Shown: positions 7,783 to 12,190 of the stretch, in pieces
Layout of the letters: the number at the start of each line of letters is the position of its first letter
Position numbering within the stretch: the stretch's first letter is position 1
Source: Candidatus Hydrothermarchaeales archaeon
GTDB lineage: Archaea; Hydrothermarchaeota; Hydrothermarchaeia; Hydrothermarchaeales; JAZGAD01
Direction of reading: 5' to 3'
Length of the DNA: 12,190 nt
Assembly (NCBI GenBank): GCA_036444275.1
Contig: JAZGAD010000038.1
Coordinates: 1-12,190, forward strand
Notes under the pieces: generated by a model
Told to the model about the DNA's origin: nothing
The model's database searches: none
Seen by the model: the letters and a program-made list of their open reading frames with translations, nothing else
Position numbers and translations under genes: made by a program

Positions 7783-8700
7783 TCAGTCTGTATTCATCCC
7801 TAATTCAAAATAAAGCTCAGTGGTGACTCCAGCTTTTCGCAACGCTCGATCTGCTTCCCATATAGATGTGCTATTATCCACTATTTTCGCTAGATTGCTG
7901 AATCGGTAGACCACCTTCGGGTCGAAGTAGAAGGTGATTGTGGCAATAGGCGTTAACTGGAGCTTTCTTCTGCCCTCCCTGATTTCCCTTTCCCCATATC
8001 CGCCTTTTGCTGCTTCTAGTACCATATAAGAGGCTTCTGAGTAGACCTTTGGGAGGATTTCTTGCAACTCTTCAGCTTCCCCCCTGCCGATACCTCTAGC
8101 CCCTAGCAGGCCCTGCATGCCTGCAATCTCTGATATATTCCTATGAAGCTCCTCTAACGTCAATTCACCATCGCTACCATAGCCTATTACCCCAAGTACT
8201 GTTGCAATCTTCATTCTTTTGAGCACGCAGAGCATAGTGGAGTCTGCAAGGGGGCTCCGTATCCCTTCTTCATTGCCTTTCGCTAGACAGTCTCCGCCGA
8301 CATCAATACCCACTATAAGGTCGACCCCCAGCTTTTTCACTGCTTCATGCAGCCCTTCGCAGGTACCTCTCACGCCCTCGTTTATGTCTACAAGGATGGT
8401 CTCGACACCTAGATGCTCTGCTACAATCGACTCCGTGAACCTCATATCACCAACCCTTGTCTTTGAATTTGCAAGGCCGACGGTACGGGATAAGAGCTTA
8501 ATATTCCGGATTTCATCCATAGCCCTAGGCCCTGGCTTTGGGTCCACCTTTTTCCTCTCCCATGTTAAGCCGCCTATAATGTTCTCCACGCCCAGAAAAT
8601 CCAAGTACCTAGCTGTAGGGAGGCATCCCAAGATATCTCCTCCCCCACCTATCCCAATGAGAAGGACTTTTTCAGCCTTTTTGAACAGTCTCTCGATCAT
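7783..8700 (-). CDS. DUF1152 family protein (unknown function)
   Basis: LLIGIGGGGDIL, GIDVGGD.LA.G.E.GIRSPLADS, GYGSDGEL, SEAS motifs that I recognise as DUF1152/COG4034. Confidence 0.85.
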   Translation of the reverse strand: MIERLFKKAEKVLLIGIGGGGDILGCLPTARYLDFLGVENIIGGLTWERKKVDPKPGPRAMDEIRNIKLLSRTVGLANSKTRVGDMRFTESIVAEHLGVETILVDINEGVRGTCEGLHEAVKKLGVDLIVGIDVGGDCLAKGNEEGIRSPLADSTMLCVLKRMKIATVLGVIGYGSDGELTLEELHRNISEIAGMQGLLGARGIGRGEAEELQEILPKVYSEASYMVLEAAKGGYGEREIREGRRKLQLTPIATITFYFDPKVVYRFSNLAKIVDNSTSIWEADRALRKAGVTTELYFELGMNTD

Positions 8701-8719
8701 GGTCTTCTATTAGCCGATG

Positions 8720-8728
8720 TAATATTAA
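8720..8728. promoter_or_regulatory. Putative bidirectional TATA element between DUF1152 and tyw1
   Basis: Perfect palindrome TAATATTA (8720-8727), the only TATA-like run between the divergent starts. It lies ~20-28 nt from ATG 8700 (-) and ~27-34 nt from ATG 8754 (+). Confidence 0.5.
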
Positions 8729-8753
8729 GATGTTAGGTATGTTATCCAAAGAT

Positions 8754-9659
8754 ATGGAGGAAGAGGTCAAGCGCGTACTTGAGAAGCAGGGCTACCGTAT
8801 GGTGGGCGAGCATTCTGCGGTTAAAGTATGCCACTGGACAAGGGAGCGTCTGTTGAGGCAGAGATCTTGCTACAAGGCTAAATTCTATGGCATTGCTAGT
8901 CACCGCTGCCTGCAGATGACACCTAGTGTAGCATGGTGCCAGCACCGCTGCATCTTCTGTTGGCGCCCAGTGGAGTACACACTGGGAGAAGAGATAGACG
9001 TTGAGTTGGATGAGCCGGCCTTCATCGTTGAGGAAGCTGTTAAGAGACAGAGAAAGCTCCTAAGCGGCTACGGAGGAGAGAACAGGGCCAGCACCAAAGA
9101 TGTAGAAGAGGCCTATGCGCCTAAGCACGTAGCAATATCCCTAGCCGGGGAGCCCACGAATTATCCTTTTATATCTGAGCTCATCCAGGAGTTCCATAAG
9201 CAGGATATGACTACGTTTCTGGTTACCAACGGGCAGAAGCCAGAGATGCTAGAAGGAGTAAGGCCTACGCAGCTCTACCTATCCCTCATCGCATACGACG
9301 AAGAGCTTTACAAGAGGATAAACGTACCCAGAGTGAAAGATGGCTGGAAGAGACTCCAGGAGAGCATAGACATCGTGGGGAGTAAAAAAGGAAGGAGAGT
9401 GGTACGTATAACATTGGTTCGCGGCTATAACCTTGAGCACCCGGAAAGATTTGCTGATTTAATTCTAAGGGCGAATCCTGACTACGTGGAGCCCAAAGGC
9501 TATGTCCATGTGGGTTTCTCTAGGAAGCGTCTTCAGCGCTCTGATATGCCTTCTTTCGAAGAGGTATTGGAATTCGGTAAAGTACTGGGCGAAAATATTA
9601 ACTACTCTATCAAGGACTATTCTCAAGACAGCAAGGTAGTTCTTTTGGCGAAAGAATAA
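8754..9659 (+). CDS. taw1: S-adenosyl-L-methionine-dependent tRNA 4-demethylwyosine synthase Taw1/TYW1 (radical SAM)
   Basis: Auxiliary-cluster Cx12Cx12C (HSAVKVCHW...CYKAKFYGIASHRC, including the Schiff-base Lys), radical SAM CQHRCIFCWR, HVAISLAGEPT, FLVTNG, VEPKGYVHVGFSRKRL. Start at 8754 is preferred (alternatives 8730 and 8739). Confidence 0.97.
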   Translation: MEEEVKRVLEKQGYRMVGEHSAVKVCHWTRERLLRQRSCYKAKFYGIASHRCLQMTPSVAWCQHRCIFCWRPVEYTLGEEIDVELDEPAFIVEEAVKRQRKLLSGYGGENRASTKDVEEAYAPKHVAISLAGEPTNYPFISELIQEFHKQDMTTFLVTNGQKPEMLEGVRPTQLYLSLIAYDEELYKRINVPRVKDGWKRLQESIDIVGSKKGRRVVRITLVRGYNLEHPERFADLILRANPDYVEPKGYVHVGFSRKRLQRSDMPSFEEVLEFGKVLGENINYSIKDYSQDSKVVLLAKE

Positions 9660-9672
9660 GGCAGGTGCTTGG

Positions 9673-10455
9673 ATGAGAGGGCGCAAAATATACCTATCCT
9701 TAGCGATACCATTACTCTTACTACTTCTCAATCTTTCTTCTCTCCAGGGCTATTGGATGATAGAGGATTTCCCACTACCCTATCTCAAATCAGATGCAGA
9801 GAAAGTCGAATCCCCTCTCCCAAACTCGAAGGAGATATGGATAGAGATACATGACGTCTCACCCAGCTATGGCGTGGAGCCACTACTCGCTATTACAGAC
9901 ATACTGGAAAAGCATCCAGGTGCCTATTCCAAGGTTGTACTTTTCGTCATACCTAATCATGGTAAAAGCGCTCCTTTACGAGAATTCCCAGAATTTGTTA
10001 AAGTGCTTAAAAAACTTGAGGCTAGAGGATATGTGATAGGCATGCATGGATACGCCCATCCTGATCCAATGCTGGGCATAGAATTTGCTACTAACATGGA
10101 AACCTCTAGAAGTCTATTGGAAGCGGGCAGAACAGAGTTTGATGCCTCAGATTTAGAGTCTACATACTTTGCTCCACCCGGGTGGGGTGCGTCCGCAGAG
10201 GCCAGAGAGCTCCTCAAGGAGGAATTCGATTATGTATATTACTACCGATTCATAGACACTACAAGTAATACCCTAGCGTATCCCGCCCACGAATACATGT
10301 GGTACCGAATAAACCTTGGTCTGGCAAAAGCTGAGTCGGATTACCAAAAAAACAAAGGCATCTTCAGGCTCAGCGTGCATCTGCAGGCGGCGAATACAAA
10401 GAAAAACTTAAAGTTCTTAGATGACTTCTTGAGTTATGTGGAGGCTAGCAATTGA
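9673..10455 (+). CDS. DUF2334 / polysaccharide deacetylase-like (CE4/NodB fold) protein with N-terminal signal peptide or membrane anchor
   Basis: Basic n-region plus hydrophobic stretch (MRGRKIYLSLAIPLLLLLLNL). Motifs EIHDVSP, LFVIPNH, MHGYAH (metal-binding HxxxH), FAPPGW, RLSVH. SD AGGTG at 9664-9668. Confidence 0.82.
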   Translation: MRGRKIYLSLAIPLLLLLLNLSSLQGYWMIEDFPLPYLKSDAEKVESPLPNSKEIWIEIHDVSPSYGVEPLLAITDILEKHPGAYSKVVLFVIPNHGKSAPLREFPEFVKVLKKLEARGYVIGMHGYAHPDPMLGIEFATNMETSRSLLEAGRTEFDASDLESTYFAPPGWGASAEARELLKEEFDYVYYYRFIDTTSNTLAYPAHEYMWYRINLGLAKAESDYQKNKGIFRLSVHLQAANTKKNLKFLDDFLSYVEASN

Positions 10456-11042
10456 ACTTGAATGACACTCTAAAGGATATAAAGAAAGAATTGGATGCTA
10501 AGGATCGAAGGCGGGAGGAGATATTTTCGGCTGCGAGAGAGATACGTAGGGTATCCACTAGAGCAATAAGGGAAATTCATACGGATAATTATGACGCTGC
10601 CGCAGCAAGCCTAACGGAGGCTAAAGGTCTTGTCGCTTCACTAATGCAATCAGATAAGGATTTCAGCTTCTCTCAGGAGGCCCTACAAGAGTATGCAGAG
10701 GCCATGATAACCTATGCCCTACTGAAGAAAGAGGAGCTTCCAGGTCCAAAGGAGCTGGGCATCCCTTCGGAGGCATACGTATTGGGCCTTGCGGATTCGA
10801 TAGGGGAGATAAGACGGTTTATCCTAGATACCCTACGGAAGGGGGGCTTTGAGGCGGCTGAGATAGAATACTTCTTGGACCTTATGGATGAACTCTTCCA
10901 CGGCATAATGGCATTTGACTACCCTAATGCGGTGCTGCCCATACGGAGGAAGCAAGACATAGCTAGGATGCTCCTTGAGAAGACACGTGGTGAGGTAACA
11001 CTGGCTCTAACGCAGGCTAAACTCGAGAAGAGAATGTGTTGA
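10452..11042 (+). CDS. Translin/Trax family protein (archaeal C3PO-like RNase; often mis-annotated as haloacid dehalogenase)
   Basis: All-helical. D.RRE.I....REI.R.S..AI..IH, QEYAEA, YVLGLADSIGEIRR, RRKQD.AR..LEKT. TTG start overlaps the DUF2334 stop (TTGA), with GGAGG at 10440-10444. Confidence 0.92.
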   Translation: MNLNDTLKDIKKELDAKDRRREEIFSAAREIRRVSTRAIREIHTDNYDAAAASLTEAKGLVASLMQSDKDFSFSQEALQEYAEAMITYALLKKEELPGPKELGIPSEAYVLGLADSIGEIRRFILDTLRKGGFEAAEIEYFLDLMDELFHGIMAFDYPNAVLPIRRKQDIARMLLEKTRGEVTLALTQAKLEKRMC

Positions 11043-11076
11043 ACAAGCATACAGTGAAGAGTTAGTTGTAGTGTAA

Positions 11077-11670
11077 ACTGACATCACTGACCTTGGAAAA
11101 AAAGAATCGCCTAGTTATAAATTTTATTTAAATTTATTTAAGCTCGGGAGTAAAAAGAGATACTCTGATACCCCAAAATTGGAATTTAAAGAATTAATAG
11201 AGTTTTCTGAAGCGTTACAATATGCATGTGACCCAATGTCTGGTCATATTACAAACAAAATTAACTTCATTCTTATCGATTAGCTTATACTTGCCGCTAC
11301 ATCTACTGCTTCAAGATAGCATCCTGAAATATGGGACTATTTGACTGATGAGAGAGAACAATACAAATACCATATTGAAGATAATCAAAGGAGAATTATT
11401 TTAACTTGGATACCTTATCTCGTGGATACCTACTTATTCCCTCACGGTATGTTGGATTATCAATCACTGAGAGAAAAACCGATTTTGGGGGAATTATGAT
11501 TATTCTTCCAGATTCGCTCGTTTGAAGTCCAAAATAGTAACTGTAAAATTGATGAAAGTATGACCTGGAGAGATGAACCCATTCAAATCCTCATACAGCT
11601 TTATTTCCCCTGTCAACTATTTCACCCTTTAACTGACACCTTGCGCTTCCAGAAATCCAGCGAAGGTTAA
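11077..11670 (+). pseudogene. Probable decayed ORF of unknown family in an AT-rich spacer
   Basis: One frame has only 3 stops (TAG 11281, TAG 11317, TGA 11497) in 197 codons, despite low GC (about 25-38% in the lines I counted). The translation looks protein-like. No convincing start or SD. Confidence 0.45.
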
Positions 11671-12190
11671 TGTGATCGCTTCGGCAAGAAGGGGATCAAA
11701 GACCGTGCAAATCCTGAGAGTATCCTACTCTGGATATACAACGTCCCTGGACCCACAAAGTCGAAGACCAAGCCTTCACCGCTCAAAAAAGTTGATTTTA
11801 AACCCCCTACTTTTCTGACGTTATAGTTCATTGCACCACTGAAGGCAACAGCATGACCTGTATCCAAGACCAACTTCTCTCCAGCTTTCAATTCCTTCTT
11901 TTCCAATGCTCCAAAGGAGGATATCCAGACCTTCCCAATACCTGAGGCCTTTAGCATGACTATGTCCCCTTCACCGAGAAGCCCTCTCATCCCCTGCCAA
12001 GACGTGTCAATATCCGTTCCCTCCGTAGACGCAATATACGCCCCACTCTGAAGAATCATCTCATCTCCTTTAAGCTCTAAAACATCAATGTCCCCAAGTT
12101 GAACACCCGTCAACGCTAGTTCCCCTGCCTCCTTTGCAGTAAACGTGTTTATCCAGAAGGATTCTCCGCCTAAAACAGATGTCTTGAGGG
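11667..12190 (-). CDS. TIGR00266 / AIM24 family protein (5'-partial, continues beyond the window)
   Basis: The frame stays open upstream of 12113 (...LKTSVLGGESFWINTFTAKEAGELALTG..LGDI). Motifs GAYIAS, GEG, SSFGAL, LDTGHAVAF, SGEGLVFDFVGPGTLYIQSR. Confidence 0.93.
   Translation of the reverse strand, partial: LKTSVLGGESFWINTFTAKEAGELALTGVQLGDIDVLELKGDEMILQSGAYIASTEGTDIDTSWQGMRGLLGEGDIVMLKASGIGKVWISSFGALEKKELKAGEKLVLDTGHAVAFSGAMNYNVRKVGGLKSTFLSGEGLVFDFVGPGTLYIQSRILSGFARSLIPFLPKRSH

Noticed and set aside
205-10906. About 20 alternative-frame and antisense ORFs in the track (e.g. 680-1012, 2010-2369, 2969-3355, 5913-6293, 8219-8713, 9957-10217)
   Set aside because: They overlap confidently identified genes, show the Ser/Leu/Phe-rich composition typical of shadow frames, and have no recognisable motifs.
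11407-11431. TGGATACCT direct repeat (2 copies, 16-bp period)
   Set aside because: Two 9-mers only; not CRISPR-like and not an array.
11171-11490. CCCCAAAATTGG / CCGATTTTGGGG inverted repeat as MITE ends
   Set aside because: An 11/12 match that does not extend, with no target-site duplication; expected by chance in a region this size.
11549-11593. C/D-box sRNA-like layout (TGATGA ... AGATGA ... CTCA)
   Set aside because: The terminal box is CTCA rather than CTGA, the D' box is poor, the first guide is short, and I cannot identify an rRNA/tRNA target. snoscan or sRNA-seq would settle it.
1-12190. tRNA, rRNA, RNase P RNA, CRISPR array, transposase or integrase
   Set aside because: No cloverleaf/TpsiC motif, GC-rich structured RNA, spaced repeat array or recombinase motif was seen in the non-coding gaps or ORFs.

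Overview
Archaeal genomic DNA, probably euryarchaeal. The window is dominated by the conserved exosome/proteasome superoperon on the + strand: rpl15e - rnp3 (Rpp30) - rnp2 (Pop5) - psmA - SBDS/Sdo1 - rrp4 - rrp41 - rrp42 - rpl37ae - rpoP (51 aa, missed by the ORF track) - pcc1 - pfdB. The Brix/Imp4 gene often found between rpoP and pcc1 is absent. Upstream is the 3' part of a methyl-accepting chemotaxis protein gene. Downstream, a DUF1152 gene (-) sits head-to-head with a tightly coupled tyw1/taw1 - exported DUF2334 deacetylase-like - translin/Trax-like RNase unit (+). After that come an AT-rich 620-bp stretch that looks like a decayed ORF and the 3' part of a TIGR00266/AIM24 gene (-). Most of the window is well-known housekeeping, and I cannot demonstrate a new system from sequence alone. 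The best leads are: (i) a catalytically intact archaeal translin/C3PO gene linked to tRNA-maturation genes; (ii) one palindromic TATA apparently shared by leaderless DUF1152 and tyw1; (iii) the stop-depleted cryptic frame at 11077-11670; (iv) the C-terminally extended Pop5. All family calls are from motif recognition, not database searches.
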